From Halarcobacter sp. (lineage in GTDB: Bacteria > Campylobacterota > Campylobacteria > Campylobacterales > Arcobacteraceae), in the NCBI GenBank assembly GCA_963676565.1, contig OY781089.1:2144399-2208398 (forward strand): a stretch of DNA of 64,000 nucleotides. Direction: 5' to 3'. Numbering within the stretch: position 1 is the stretch's first letter; each line of letters opens with the position of its first letter. The notes beneath the pieces are model-generated. The model saw only the letters and a program-made list of their open reading frames with translations, searched no databases and was not told the origin of the DNA. Made by a program: the position numbers and the translations under genes. This document shows positions 28,563-38,646 of this stretch, in pieces.

Positions 28563-30570
28563 ACCATTATTAATTGAGATTGGTGTTGAAGAATTACCAG
28601 CAATCCCATTCTTAAAAGAACTACCAAATATTGAAAAAAAATGGGCAAACATACTAGAAAACAATAGATTACTATGCGATTTTGATTTTTTTTATACACC
28701 AAGAAGATTAGTGTTATGGCATAGAGAATTTCAAGTAAAACAAGAAGATTCAGTTGAAGAGATGTTTGGAGCACCTGTTAAAATTGCTTTTAAAGATGGA
28801 GAACCTACAGGTGCAGCAATTGGTTTTGCAAAGAAATGTGGTGTAGATGTTTCAAAACTAGAAAAAATTGATCAAGGAAGAGGAGAAGTACTATATTTTA
28901 AAAAAGAAGTAGAAGGAACTGATTCTAAAGATTTATTAAATGATATGATTAATGAATTTATCTCTTCGTTAAATTTTGGTAAATCAATGAGATGGGCAAG
29001 TAGAACTGATAGTTTTATAAGACCTATAAGATCTTTATCTATTATGTTAGGTGAAGAGATTGTTGATGGTGAACTTTATGGTGTTAAATCTTCAAACTAT
29101 TCATTTGCACATAGAATGGTTTCTTATGAACCATTTACTTTTGATTTTGCAGGTGATTATTTCTGTAAATTAGATAAAAATGGTGTAGTTTTATATCCAG
29201 ATGAAAGAAGAAAAACTATACTTGATCAAATGAAAAAAATTGAAGAAGAAAATGGTATTAAAATTGAAATAGATACAGAATTACTTGAAGAAGTTGTTGC
29301 AATTACAGAATACCCAACTGCATTATTGGGAAAATTTGATGAAGAATTCTTATATCTACCAGAAGAAGTAATTGTAACTTCAATGAAAGAACACCAAAGA
29401 TATTTTGCTGTTTATAAAGATGGTAAATTAACAAATAATTTTATTGTTGTATCTAATTCAAAAACTGAAGATTTCTCACAAATTATTGCTGGAAATGAAA
29501 AAGTTTTAAGACCTAGACTTGCAGATGGGATGTTCTTCTGGAAAAATGATATAAAAAATGGTTTATCAAATGAAGGACTTAAAAAACTTGTTTTTGTTGA
29601 AGGTTTAGGTTCAATGTATGAAAAGGTTCAAAGGGAAGCTAAAATAGCTTCTTTTTTAGGTGATATTTTTAATGTACAAGAAAAAGAACTTTTAGAAAAA
29701 GCTGTATATCTTGCAAAAGCAGATTTAATGTCTGAAATGGTTTATGAGTTTACAGAACTTCAAGGACTTATGGGATATTACTATGCAAAAATTGCAGGAG
29801 AAGATGAAAAAGTTTATACTGCAATTAAAGAACAATATTTACCAGATGGTGAAGACTCAGAGTTTCCATCTACAAAGTTCTCATCAATAGTTGCTTTATC
29901 ATATAAGTTAGATAATCTATTAGGACTATTTTCAGTTGGAAAAATACCTAGTGGTTCAAAAGATCCATTTGGTTTAAGAAGGGCTGCTGCTGGTATTGTA
30001 AAAACTGCGATTGAACACAAGCTTCCAATTGATTTAGGACAAATAATTGATAAATTAAGTTCTGATTATAAAGGTTTAGACAAAGCTCAATTAGTTGAGT
30101 TCTTCAATGAAAGACTATTTAAAATTTTTGATATAAACCCTTCTGTTATTAAAGCAGTTCTTGGAAGTGGTGAAACAGATATTTATGAAATATCTCAAAA
30201 ACTTTGCGCCTTAAACCCTATTGTTTTAAGTGACAACTTTAAAGAATATACAGCAACATTTAAAAGGGTAGCAAACATCATAAAAGATTTAGATGTGTCA
30301 AATGAGTTAACTATTGATGAATCTTTACTTGAAGATGATGCAGAAAAAGAACTTGTATCAAAATTCAATGAAGTTATCTCAAAAGAGTACTCAAGCTATG
30401 AAGATGAATTAGATGCTTTATTTGCTCTAAAACCACAACTTGATAACTTCTTTGATAATGTATTTGTTAATCATGAAAATGAAGATATAAAAATAAATAG
30501 AAAAAATACTATTGGAAAAGTATACCAAGCATTCAAAAAAATTGCTGATATCAAAGAAATTACTATATAA
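28555..30570 (+). CDS. glyS: Glycine--tRNA ligase beta subunit
   Basis: LLIEIGVEELPA, YTPRRL, SMRW, FTELQGLMG, GSKDPFGLRR. Confidence 0.97.
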   Translation: MNKPLLIEIGVEELPAIPFLKELPNIEKKWANILENNRLLCDFDFFYTPRRLVLWHREFQVKQEDSVEEMFGAPVKIAFKDGEPTGAAIGFAKKCGVDVSKLEKIDQGRGEVLYFKKEVEGTDSKDLLNDMINEFISSLNFGKSMRWASRTDSFIRPIRSLSIMLGEEIVDGELYGVKSSNYSFAHRMVSYEPFTFDFAGDYFCKLDKNGVVLYPDERRKTILDQMKKIEEENGIKIEIDTELLEEVVAITEYPTALLGKFDEEFLYLPEEVIVTSMKEHQRYFAVYKDGKLTNNFIVVSNSKTEDFSQIIAGNEKVLRPRLADGMFFWKNDIKNGLSNEGLKKLVFVEGLGSMYEKVQREAKIASFLGDIFNVQEKELLEKAVYLAKADLMSEMVYEFTELQGLMGYYYAKIAGEDEKVYTAIKEQYLPDGEDSEFPSTKFSSIVALSYKLDNLLGLFSVGKIPSGSKDPFGLRRAAAGIVKTAIEHKLPIDLGQIIDKLSSDYKGLDKAQLVEFFNERLFKIFDINPSVIKAVLGSGETDIYEISQKLCALNPIVLSDNFKEYTATFKRVANIIKDLDVSNELTIDESLLEDDAEKELVSKFNEVISKEYSSYEDELDALFALKPQLDNFFDNVFVNHENEDIKINRKNTIGKVYQAFKKIADIKEITI

Positions 30571-30576
30571 ATCTAC

Positions 30577-30601
30577 TTTTAGAGCCTTTTGGGCTCTAAA
30601 A
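30577..30601 (+). terminator. Intrinsic terminator after glyS
   Basis: TTTTAGAGCC-TTTTG-GGCTCTAAAA perfect 10-bp stem. Confidence 0.7.
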
Positions 30602-30679
30602 TACTCAAATTAAACCTAAATCAACAATTCTTTAAACTTTTATTTTGTAAAATTTAAAAAATTTTTTAAAGGTATAAAA

Positions 30680-30895
30680 ATGTTTAAATCAATTACTACA
30701 ATTTTAATTACAATATTTGTTCTTAGTGGATGTGCAACATGGAAGGGTGTAAAAAAAGATTCTTCAACTGCATGGGATGCCACAAAGAAAACATCAAAAA
30801 AAGCATGGAGTGCAACAAAAGAGGGTGCTAGTGAAGCTTATGATTCAACAAAAGAAGCTATACATGAAGCTACTGCTGATAAAGAAAGTGAATAA
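30680..30895 (+). CDS. Small lipoprotein with 11-residue repeats (entericidin-like)
   Basis: Signal peptide with lipobox LSGC, then AWDATKK/AWSATKE/AYDSTKE repeats. Confidence 0.78.
   Translation: MFKSITTILITIFVLSGCATWKGVKKDSSTAWDATKKTSKKAWSATKEGASEAYDSTKEAIHEATADKESE
30770..30868 (+). repeat. Three imperfect 33-bp coding tandem repeats
   Basis: Units start at 30770, 30803 and 30836 (GCATGGGATGCCACAAAG / GCATGGAGTGCAACAAAA / GCTTATGATTCAACAAAA). Confidence 0.7.
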
Positions 30896-30908
30896 TTAAA
30901 ACTAAAAG

Positions 30909-30985
30909 TGGAGCTGGTGAAGGGAGTCGAACCCCCGACCTGCTGATTACAAATCAGCTGCTCTAGCCAACTGAGCTACACCAGC
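30909..30985 (-). tRNA. tRNA-Thr(UGU)
   Basis: Reverse complement GCTGGTGTAGCTCAGTTGGCTAGAGCAGCTGATTTGTAATCAGCAGGTCGGGGGTTCGACTCCCTTCACCAGCTCCA. Confidence 0.96.
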
Positions 30986-31161
30986 ACTTTAATGAATTGT
31001 TACAACCTATCTAATGTATTTAATAATAAAATTAAATTAATTACCTATTCAATAATTCTTTTCAGCATTGATATAAAAAAATGATTTCGATAGGTTGAAA
31101 CTAAATTTAGAAGAACAAAAAAGAAAAGTCTGTCCAAACTTGACGATTTCAAGTTTTTACA

Positions 31162-31238
31162 TGGTGTCAAGAGAGAGACTTGAACTCTCGACCTCCGGCT
31201 TATGAGACCAGCGCTCTAGCCAGCTGAGCTACCTTGAC
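31162..31238 (-). tRNA. tRNA-Met(CAU), probably elongator (Ile2 not fully excluded)
   Basis: Reverse complement GTCAAGGTAGCTCAGCTGGCTAGAGCGCTGGTCTCATAAGCCGGAGGTCGAGAGTTCAAGTCTCTCTCTTGACACCA. Confidence 0.92.
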
Positions 31239-31258
31239 CTAAGACTTCTTTTTTGAAT

Positions 31259-31335
<77 letters not shown>

Positions 31336-31355
31336 ACCTAAAAAATACTTAAAAG

Positions 31356-31430
31356 TGGATGGGGTAACAGGATTCGAACCTGTGAATGACGATACCAAAA
31401 ACCGTTGCCTTACCACTTGGCGATACCCCA
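31356..31430 (-). tRNA. tRNA-Gln(UUG)
   Basis: Reverse complement TGGGGTATCGCCAAGTGGTAAGGCAACGGTTTTTGGTATCGTCATTCACAGGTTCGAATCCTGTTACCCCATCCA. Confidence 0.96.
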
Positions 31431-31447
31431 ACTTTTTAAGTGCCGAA

Positions 31448-31476
31448 ATTATAGTGAAATTGTAAATATTTGTCAA
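31448..31476 (-). promoter_or_regulatory. Consensus sigma70 promoter of the tRNA operon
   Basis: On the minus strand: TTGACA (31476-31471), 17 bp, TATAAT (31453-31448), then a short GC-containing discriminator (TTCGGCAC). Confidence 0.8.
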
Positions 31477-31539
31477 GGGTTTTTAGTAGAAATTTTAAAA
31501 TTTTTGATATAATTTAAAAAAACAAATAAAAGAAGTAAA

Positions 31540-32571
31540 ATGGATGCAATACAAAGAGTAAAAGAAGCAATTGAAGAGATTCAAAAAGGTAACATGGTTA
31601 TCATGTTAGATGATGAAGATAGAGAAAATGAGGGAGATTTAGTTTATGCTGCACCTTTAAGTAGTCCTGAAAAAGTTAATTTTATGGCAACTTACGCAAA
31701 AGGTCTTATTTGTGTATCGGTAACTAAAGATACTGCTATTAGATTAGAGTTAAACCCAATGGTTAATTCAAATACTTCATCTTATGAAACAGCTTTTACT
31801 GTTTCAGTTGATGCTGCAGACGCTGCAACAGGAATTAGTGCAGGGGAGAGGGATGATACTATTAAAATTTTAGCTAATCCTATCTCAAAAGCAACAGAAT
31901 TAGTAAGACCAGGACATATCTTTCCTTTAATTGCAAAGGATGGTGGAGTTTTAGTAAGAACAGGACATACAGAGGGAAGTGTTGATTTATGTAAATTAGC
32001 AGGATTAAGTGGAGAAGCAGTTATTTGTGAAATCATGAAAGAAGATGGAACAATGGCTAGACGTGATGATTTGGATATCTTTGCTCAAAAACATAATTTA
32101 AAACAAATATATATTTCAGATTTAGTTGAGTATAGATTATCACATGAAACTTTAGTTGAAAATATTTCAAGTGAAGATATTCAATTTTTTAACACTGATG
32201 TAACAAAAAAAGAATTTAAAGACCATTTAGGACAAGTTCATACAGTAATTCAATTTGGTGAATTAACTGATATTACTCATGTAAAGTTTCATACAGTAAT
32301 TCCTGACATAAAACTCTTTTTAAACGATGAAAAGCTTCATTCAATGTTAAAAACAATAAACTTTTTACAAGCTAAAGGTGGTTTATTAATATTTCTAAAT
32401 GATGACATTGCAAATAAAGAATCACAAAAAGATTATGGAATTGGTGCACAGATTTTAAATAGTTTAAATGTGAAGAAAATTAAACTAATGACAAGTGGAG
32501 GAAAACACTCTTTTGTTGGATTAAATGGATTTGGTTTAGAGATTAAAGAAGAGATACAAATAGAGTGTTAA
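31540..32571 (+). CDS. ribB: DHBP synthase fused to a degenerate GTP cyclohydrolase II-like domain (RibBA/RibBX type)
   Basis: DDEDRENEGD, GLICV, RPGHIFPL, RTGHTEG. The C-terminal domain keeps DYGIGAQIL but lacks the Zn-binding cysteines. Confidence 0.9.
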   Translation: MDAIQRVKEAIEEIQKGNMVIMLDDEDRENEGDLVYAAPLSSPEKVNFMATYAKGLICVSVTKDTAIRLELNPMVNSNTSSYETAFTVSVDAADAATGISAGERDDTIKILANPISKATELVRPGHIFPLIAKDGGVLVRTGHTEGSVDLCKLAGLSGEAVICEIMKEDGTMARRDDLDIFAQKHNLKQIYISDLVEYRLSHETLVENISSEDIQFFNTDVTKKEFKDHLGQVHTVIQFGELTDITHVKFHTVIPDIKLFLNDEKLHSMLKTINFLQAKGGLLIFLNDDIANKESQKDYGIGAQILNSLNVKKIKLMTSGGKHSFVGLNGFGLEIKEEIQIEC

Positions 32572-32584
32572 TAAATTTATATAT

Positions 32585-32625
32585 AATAAAAAAGGGGTAG
32601 GATTTAATTCCTACCCCTTTTTTTT
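32585..32625. terminator. Bidirectional intrinsic terminator between convergent ribB and pckA
   Basis: AAAAAAGGGGTAGGA-TTTAAT-TCCTACCCCTTTTTTTT. Confidence 0.85.
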
Positions 32626-32638
32626 ATAATGTTTTCTT

Positions 32639-34225
32639 TTAAATATTAAGATTAGGTCCTGCAGCAGTAAAATCATAATCATTTTCTAAAGTCAAATACT
32701 TTTTAGAATAATTTTCAATATACATTCCTGCAAGTTTTAATGCAGTTTCATCATAAGAATCTTTATCTTCCCAAGTATTTCTAGGGTTTAATACTTTTGT
32801 TTCAACACCATCAAGTGTTTTTGGGATTTTAAGATTAAAAATAGGTAATGTTTCAAAGTCTGAATTTTCAATTGAACCATCTAAAATACCATTAATACAA
32901 GCTCTAGTATTTTTAATACTCATTCTAGAACCAATACCATATGGACCACCAGTCCATCCTGTATTAACTAAATATACATTTACTCCATGCTCATCAATTT
33001 TATCCCCTAGTAATTCTGCATAAACTGTAGGATTTAGTGGTAAGAACGCTTCACCAAAACAAGATGAGAATGTTGCAACAGGTTCAGTGATACCTCTTTC
33101 AGTACCTGCAACTTTTGCAGTATATCCACTTAAGAAATAGTACATTGCTTGTCTTTTATCAAGTTTTGCAACTGGAGGTAAAACACCGAATGCATCAGCG
33201 CATAAGAAAATGATATTTTTTGGATGATCACCTCTCATATCTTTTTTATGATTATCAATATGATCAATTGGATATGAAACTCTAGTATTTTCAGTTTTAC
33301 TTCCATCTGTGTAATCTACTACACCATTTTCATCAGCTACAACATTTTCTAAAATTGCACCTTTTTTAATTGCTCCAAAAATTTCAGGCTCTGATTTTTC
33401 ATCAAGATTGATAACTTTTGCATAACAACCACCTTCGAAGTTGAATACACCATTATCATCCCATCCATGCTCATCATCACCAATTAATGCTCTATTTGGG
33501 TCAGTTGATAAAGTTGTTTTACCAGTTCCAGAAAGTCCAAAGAATAGGGCAGTGTCCCCATCTTTACCAACATTAGCTGAACAGTGCATTGGAAGTTTAC
33601 CCTCTAAAGGTAACCAATAATTCATCATTGAGAATACACCCTTCTTCATCTCACCAGCATACCATGTACCACCAATGAGTGCTGTGTTTTCTTCAACATT
33701 GAATACAACAAAAACTTCTGAATTTAAACCATGTGAAGCATAAGCCATATCAACAGTTTTACAAGAGTTATAAACTGTAAAATCAGGTTCAAAGTTTTCT
33801 AACTCTTCTTTTGAAGGTACAATAAACATATTTTGAACAAAATGTGCTTGCCAAGCAACCTCTGTAATAAACCTTACAGATTTTCTACTATCTAAAGAAG
33901 AACCACAGTAAACATCAGTTACATATAAATCTTTATTACTTAATTGTTTTTTAGAAACTATTTCTAAATCTTCATATACTGCTTTTGTTACTTTAAAATT
34001 AATATCACCCCAAGCTATATATTTATTTGATGGATCTTGATTTACAAAAAATTTGTCTCTTGGACTTCTTCCTGTAAATATTCCCGTATCAATCATTAAA
34101 GCACCAGTTGAAGAGACTTTTGCCCCTTCATTTTCTACAGCATGTTGAATTAAAGTATCAACATCAAGATTTCTATACACTGTTCCAACGTTCTCTAGTC
34201 CAAGTGTATTTTTGATTTCAGACAT
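32639..34225 (-). CDS. pckA: Phosphoenolpyruvate carboxykinase (ATP)
   Basis: [44 protein letters not shown]. Confidence 0.97.
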   Translation of the reverse strand: MSEIKNTLGLENVGTVYRNLDVDTLIQHAVENEGAKVSSTGALMIDTGIFTGRSPRDKFFVNQDPSNKYIAWGDINFKVTKAVYEDLEIVSKKQLSNKDLYVTDVYCGSSLDSRKSVRFITEVAWQAHFVQNMFIVPSKEELENFEPDFTVYNSCKTVDMAYASHGLNSEVFVVFNVEENTALIGGTWYAGEMKKGVFSMMNYWLPLEGKLPMHCSANVGKDGDTALFFGLSGTGKTTLSTDPNRALIGDDEHGWDDNGVFNFEGGCYAKVINLDEKSEPEIFGAIKKGAILENVVADENGVVDYTDGSKTENTRVSYPIDHIDNHKKDMRGDHPKNIIFLCADAFGVLPPVAKLDKRQAMYYFLSGYTAKVAGTERGITEPVATFSSCFGEAFLPLNPTVYAELLGDKIDEHGVNVYLVNTGWTGGPYGIGSRMSIKNTRACINGILDGSIENSDFETLPIFNLKIPKTLDGVETKVLNPRNTWEDKDSYDETALKLAGMYIENYSKKYLTLENDYDFTAAGPNLNI

Positions 34226-34243
34226 TTTTTTCCCTATTCTTTT

Positions 34244-35581
34244 TTATTTAAATATTGATAAAAGTACACCAGCTGCAACAGCAGAACCAATTACACCGGC
34301 AACATTTGGCCCCATCGCATGCATTAATAATACATTTGATTTATCATACTCTTGACCAACTTTACTTACAACTCTTGCTGCCATTGGTACTGCAGAAACT
34401 CCAGCTGCACCAATTAGTGGGTTTACTTTACTCTCTTCAGAACTAAATTTGTTCATAATCTTAGCCATAATAACACCAGCTGCAGTACCTGCTGCAAATG
34501 CAATTAAACCAATAACCATAATTCCTAAAGTTTCTAAAACTAAGAATTTATCAGCTGCTAATTTAGAACCCACTCCTAGTCCTAAGAAGATTGTTACAAT
34601 ATTTATTAATGAATTTTGCATTGTATCACTTAATCTCTCAACAACTCCTGATTGTTTTAAGAAATTTCCGAAAGCAAATGCTCCAATTAGAGGAGTTGAC
34701 TCAGGTAAGAATAAAATTGCTAAGAATAAAATTAAAATTGGCAAAAATAAATTCTCTAATTTATGTACTTTTCTTAATTTTGGCATTTTAATTTTTCTTT
34801 CTGCCTCAGTTGTTAAAGCTTTCATAATTGGTGGTTGAATTACAGGTACGAGTGCCATATATGAATATGCAGCAACTGCAATAGCACCAAGCATTTCAGG
34901 AGCTAATCTATTTGCAATAAAAATAGATGTTGGTCCATCAGCTCCACCAATAATTGAGATGGCAGATGCAGATTGTAAGTCAAAACCTAGTGCAACAGCA
35001 CCAACTAAAGAACCAAAGATACCAAATTGAGCAGCACCACCAAGGATTGCAGATTTTGGGTTTGCAAGCAATGGACTAAAGTCAGTCATTGCCCCAACAC
35101 CCATAAAAATTAATAGTGGAAAGAATTCATTAGCTATACCCATATTATAGATGATTCCTAACATACCATGGGCTCCACCCATGTTTGCAAGTGGAATATT
35201 AGCTAGAAGTCCACCAAAGGCAATTGGTAATAGTAATAAAGGTTCAAATCCTTTAGCAATTGCAAGATAAAAAAGTACAATTACAATTGCAAACATTATA
35301 ATTCTACCCCAAGATTGTTCAAAATGAGTCATTGGTCTTGCATCTGCTGGATTAGGTTCAGATGTCATAACATCATCTTGAGGATCAATAATAGCTTTGA
35401 TACCTGTAGTCTCGTAAAAAGATGATGCTAGTTCTGAAATTGATTTTGGCTTATACTCATGCTTTACTTCTTCTGTTCCACTTTTAGCAACTACATCATG
35501 TGTAGCACCACTAGCAAATAGTGGTGAACTAAAAATAGAAATAAAGAATAAAAGCATTAATGCCATAAATTTTTTATTCAT
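34244..35581 (-). CDS. oadB: Na+-translocating decarboxylase beta subunit (start taken at the second Met, MNKKF)
   Basis: [60 protein letters not shown]. Confidence 0.92.
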   Translation of the reverse strand: MNKKFMALMLLFFISIFSSPLFASGATHDVVAKSGTEEVKHEYKPKSISELASSFYETTGIKAIIDPQDDVMTSEPNPADARPMTHFEQSWGRIIMFAIVIVLFYLAIAKGFEPLLLLPIAFGGLLANIPLANMGGAHGMLGIIYNMGIANEFFPLLIFMGVGAMTDFSPLLANPKSAILGGAAQFGIFGSLVGAVALGFDLQSASAISIIGGADGPTSIFIANRLAPEMLGAIAVAAYSYMALVPVIQPPIMKALTTEAERKIKMPKLRKVHKLENLFLPILILFLAILFLPESTPLIGAFAFGNFLKQSGVVERLSDTMQNSLINIVTIFLGLGVGSKLAADKFLVLETLGIMVIGLIAFAAGTAAGVIMAKIMNKFSSEESKVNPLIGAAGVSAVPMAARVVSKVGQEYDKSNVLLMHAMGPNVAGVIGSAVAAGVLLSIFK

Positions 35582-35613
35582 ATAATTTACTCCGTTTTTT
35601 CTACACATTTTTA

Positions 35614-37425
35614 TTAGCTAATCGTTGCTATTGCTTCACCTTCTTCAACAGCATCACTTGGGTTTTTAAGAATAGCAGAAATAGTTCCACCACAAGGAGC
35701 TTCAACAGGAATTTCCATTTTCATAGCTTCTAAAATTGCAATCTCTTGCCCTTGTTCAACTTTGTCTCCAACTTTTACATGGATTTTCCAAACAGCTCCA
35801 GCTACAGTTGCAGGAACTTCTGCACCACCAGCAGGTACATTTGAAGGTGCTGCTGACTCAGTTACTGGTGTTACTTGAATATCAGCATTTCCCTCTGCTA
35901 CAGTTACATTAAATTTTTGTCCATCTACTACTACTGTATAGTTTCCAGTTGCATTACTCATACCTTTATTTTCTCCTATTACACAATCTTTATTATTTTC
36001 ACAAGTTTCTTCATTTGTCTCTACTTTTCTTACACTTAAAGGTCCATCACCTTTTAAGAATGCAATCCCTTTTTCATCACAAGCTGCAGCAATAAATATA
36101 TTTTCTTCGCTTGTTTCAATACCTTCTTCATTTAATCTATTTTTCCAATAAGACATTGTTTTCTTTTCATCTCTATCCGCAATATCTAATGGATTTTCAG
36201 AAGTTGGTTCAAGTTTTAGTTTTTCAGATGCTAATGCAACTACTTCAGAATCAGGTTGAACTGGAGTTTTACCAAAGTATCCAAGAACCATTTTCCCATA
36301 ACCTGGTGCTATTTGCTTCCATGGCCCAAACATAACATTTGCATATGCTTGTTGCCAATAAAATTGAGAAACAGGTGTTACAGAAGTACCATAACCACCT
36401 TTTTCAACAACTTCTCTCATAGCTTTAATAACTTCTGGAAATTTGTTTAAAGTTCCATTATCTCTCATCATTTGAGTATTTGCAGTTAATGCTCCTCCTG
36501 GCATTGGTGAGAAAGGAATTAAAGGTGAAACCTGAGTTGCTTCAGGTGGCATAAAGTAATCTTTTAATTGATCATTTAAAACTTCTTGATATTTTAATAT
36601 TTTTTCAATTTCTAATCCACCTAAATCATAATTCATACCCTTAACAGCATGCATCATAGTAAGAATATCAGGTTGTGATGTTCCTCCTGAAACAGGACTA
36701 GCAGCTAAGTCGATTCCATCGGCACCTGCATCTAATGCAGCAAGGTAACAAGCAACAGAAACTCCCGCAGTTTCATGTGTATGTAATCTTATATGTGTGT
36801 CTTCTCCTACTAAACTTCTTGCCATTTTAATTGTATCAAATACTTTTTGAGGTGAAGAAGTTCCCGAAGCATCTTTAAAACAAATAGAATCAAATGGAAC
36901 CCCACTGTCTAAAATATTTCTTAACGTTTTTTCATAAAAAGGAACATCATGAGCACCTTCACAACCTGGAGGTAAATCCATAAGTGTTACAACAACTTCA
37001 TGATTTAAACCATATTTTTTAATACATTCAGCAGAATATTCTAAATTTTGTACATCATTTAATGCATCAAAATTTCTAATTGTAGTTACTCCATGTTTAG
37101 CAAACATTTTTGCATGCATCTCAACTAATTCTCTTGAACCAGTATCAAGCATAACTGTATTAATACCTCTTGCTAATGTTTGTAAATTAGCATCAGGACC
37201 TACAATTTCTCTAAATCTGTCCATCATCTCAAAAGCATTTTCTTGTAAGTAGAAAAATAAAGATTGAAATCTTGCTCCTCCACCAAACTCAAAGTGTGTA
37301 ATTCCCGCATCTTTCGCAGCTTCTACAGCTGGAAAGAAATCATTCATTAAAACTCTACCCCCAAAGACAGATTGAAATCCATCTCTAAAAGTAGTATCCA
37401 TGACGTCGATATATTTTTTAGCCAT
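35614..37425 (-). CDS. oadA: Carboxyltransferase/biotin-carrier subunit (OadA / PycB-like)
   Basis: [33 protein letters not shown]; C-terminal biotin motif LEAMKME. Confidence 0.85.
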   Translation of the reverse strand: MAKKYIDVMDTTFRDGFQSVFGGRVLMNDFFPAVEAAKDAGITHFEFGGGARFQSLFFYLQENAFEMMDRFREIVGPDANLQTLARGINTVMLDTGSRELVEMHAKMFAKHGVTTIRNFDALNDVQNLEYSAECIKKYGLNHEVVVTLMDLPPGCEGAHDVPFYEKTLRNILDSGVPFDSICFKDASGTSSPQKVFDTIKMARSLVGEDTHIRLHTHETAGVSVACYLAALDAGADGIDLAASPVSGGTSQPDILTMMHAVKGMNYDLGGLEIEKILKYQEVLNDQLKDYFMPPEATQVSPLIPFSPMPGGALTANTQMMRDNGTLNKFPEVIKAMREVVEKGGYGTSVTPVSQFYWQQAYANVMFGPWKQIAPGYGKMVLGYFGKTPVQPDSEVVALASEKLKLEPTSENPLDIADRDEKKTMSYWKNRLNEEGIETSEENIFIAAACDEKGIAFLKGDGPLSVRKVETNEETCENNKDCVIGENKGMSNATGNYTVVVDGQKFNVTVAEGNADIQVTPVTESAAPSNVPAGGAEVPATVAGAVWKIHVKVGDKVEQGQEIAILEAMKMEIPVEAPCGGTISAILKNPSDAVEEGEAIATIS

Positions 37426-37431
37426 ATTAAG

Positions 37432-37671
37432 TTAACCTTTTAGATTTTTGTGATGTTGTACAGCAGCTACTATAGCAGCTATTTTTGCAGTGTTATTTGA
37501 AGTATTTACAGCTTGTGGTTTCTTTGGCGCTGCTTTTTTTTCAGGAAAATATTTAGCAATAATTTTTGCCTGAAATTTTAATGCATATACCATAACTATT
37601 AAGAATGAGAATACAATACCCATACCTAAAACCATAAACTTCAATGCTTCAGCAATTAAGTTAGTTTCCAT
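37432..37671 (-). CDS. oadG: Decarboxylase gamma subunit (start at METNL, SD GGGGAG)
   Basis: FMVLGMGIVFSFL TM segment; IAAIVAAVQHH C-terminus. Confidence 0.88.
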   Translation of the reverse strand: METNLIAEALKFMVLGMGIVFSFLIVMVYALKFQAKIIAKYFPEKKAAPKKPQAVNTSNNTAKIAAIVAAVQHHKNLKG

Positions 37672-37943
37672 ATTACTCCCCGTGGTTACCATCGTGTAAT
37701 TTAGTATTACTATTTTATATTAAATATGCTTTAGTAAAATTTATTTTCACCCCTAAATTAGAGAAATTTTGGAATTTTAGTCAATGAAAAAAATTATAAA
37801 ATTTTGTTACCACATTTAAGTAAAAAATTATCAAAAGTATGAAGTAATTTTATAACATTGCTAGTTGCTTTTTCAATTTTTTGTGACATTTTCTATCCTT
37901 AATTAAATAATATGTCAAATTTTATACTTTTTTTTCAAATCAC

Positions 37944-37978
37944 TTGAAAAATATTGCATTTTGTAATATAATACAAAA
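37944..37978 (+). promoter_or_regulatory. Promoter of the LexA-like gene with a palindrome overlapping -10
   Basis: TTGAAA (37944), 17 bp, TATAAT (37967); TTTTGTA-N6-TACAAAA at 37959-37978. Confidence 0.5.
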
Positions 37979-37989
37979 AAGGAGCAGAT

Positions 37990-38646
37990 ATGTTACAAGT
38001 TTTTGAGATAATTGAAAAGTTAAAAGATATCTTAAGTAAAGATGGAAAATGTGGAAAGGTTTTTGATAAAGATGTTGCTAGTGCACTTGATTTGAGTCAG
38101 GTTAATTTTGCAACTATGAAAAATCGTGGAAAAATTCCATTTTCGAATATTTTGGATTTTTGTGCAAAAAAGAAAATTTCAATAAATTGGTTACTTTACA
38201 ATCAAAATCCTGGTTCATTAGTTGATTCAACAGATAAGTACTGGATTAGATATTATCCTGAAGTAAATGTAAGTGCAGGTGGTGGTGCTTATGAAAGTGA
38301 TGACGCATATGAGAGTTTAGAAGTTCCTCCATATTTTATAAATATGTTAGGTGGAAAAGAAAATTTAAAAAATATAGATGCTATTAATGTAGTAGGTGAT
38401 TCAATGGAACCAACATTAAACAGTGACAATATTATATTTATAGATAAAACAAGAAATGATCTTTCAAGAGATGGAATTTATGCCTTTACTACAAATCATG
38501 GACTTTTTGTAAAAAGAATCCAAAGAAGAGTAGATGGGAAATTAGATGTAATATCAGACAACAAAGACTATCCAACACAAATATTAGATAAAAATGAAGT
38601 CTTTGTTGTGGGTAAAGTGGTTAGTAGTTTTGGTATGATTTATTAA
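37990..38646 (+). CDS. LexA/CI-like repressor with S24 autopeptidase domain
   Basis: N-terminal CI-type HTH (DVASALDLSQVNFATMKNRGKIP), cleavage site SAGGG, catalytic Ser VGDSMEP, Lys FVKRI. Confidence 0.85.
   Translation: MLQVFEIIEKLKDILSKDGKCGKVFDKDVASALDLSQVNFATMKNRGKIPFSNILDFCAKKKISINWLLYNQNPGSLVDSTDKYWIRYYPEVNVSAGGGAYESDDAYESLEVPPYFINMLGGKENLKNIDAINVVGDSMEPTLNSDNIIFIDKTRNDLSRDGIYAFTTNHGLFVKRIQRRVDGKLDVISDNKDYPTQILDKNEVFVVGKVVSSFGMIY

Noticed and set aside
31431-31539. FMN riboswitch upstream of ribB (also checked ribA, and a T-box before glyS)
   Set aside because: The leaders are too short and AT-rich, contain only promoter elements, and lack the conserved riboswitch or T-box sequences.
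37990-38646. Prophage marked by a CI-like repressor
   Set aside because: No integrase, cro, structural or lysis genes nearby. Kept only as a possible host regulator.
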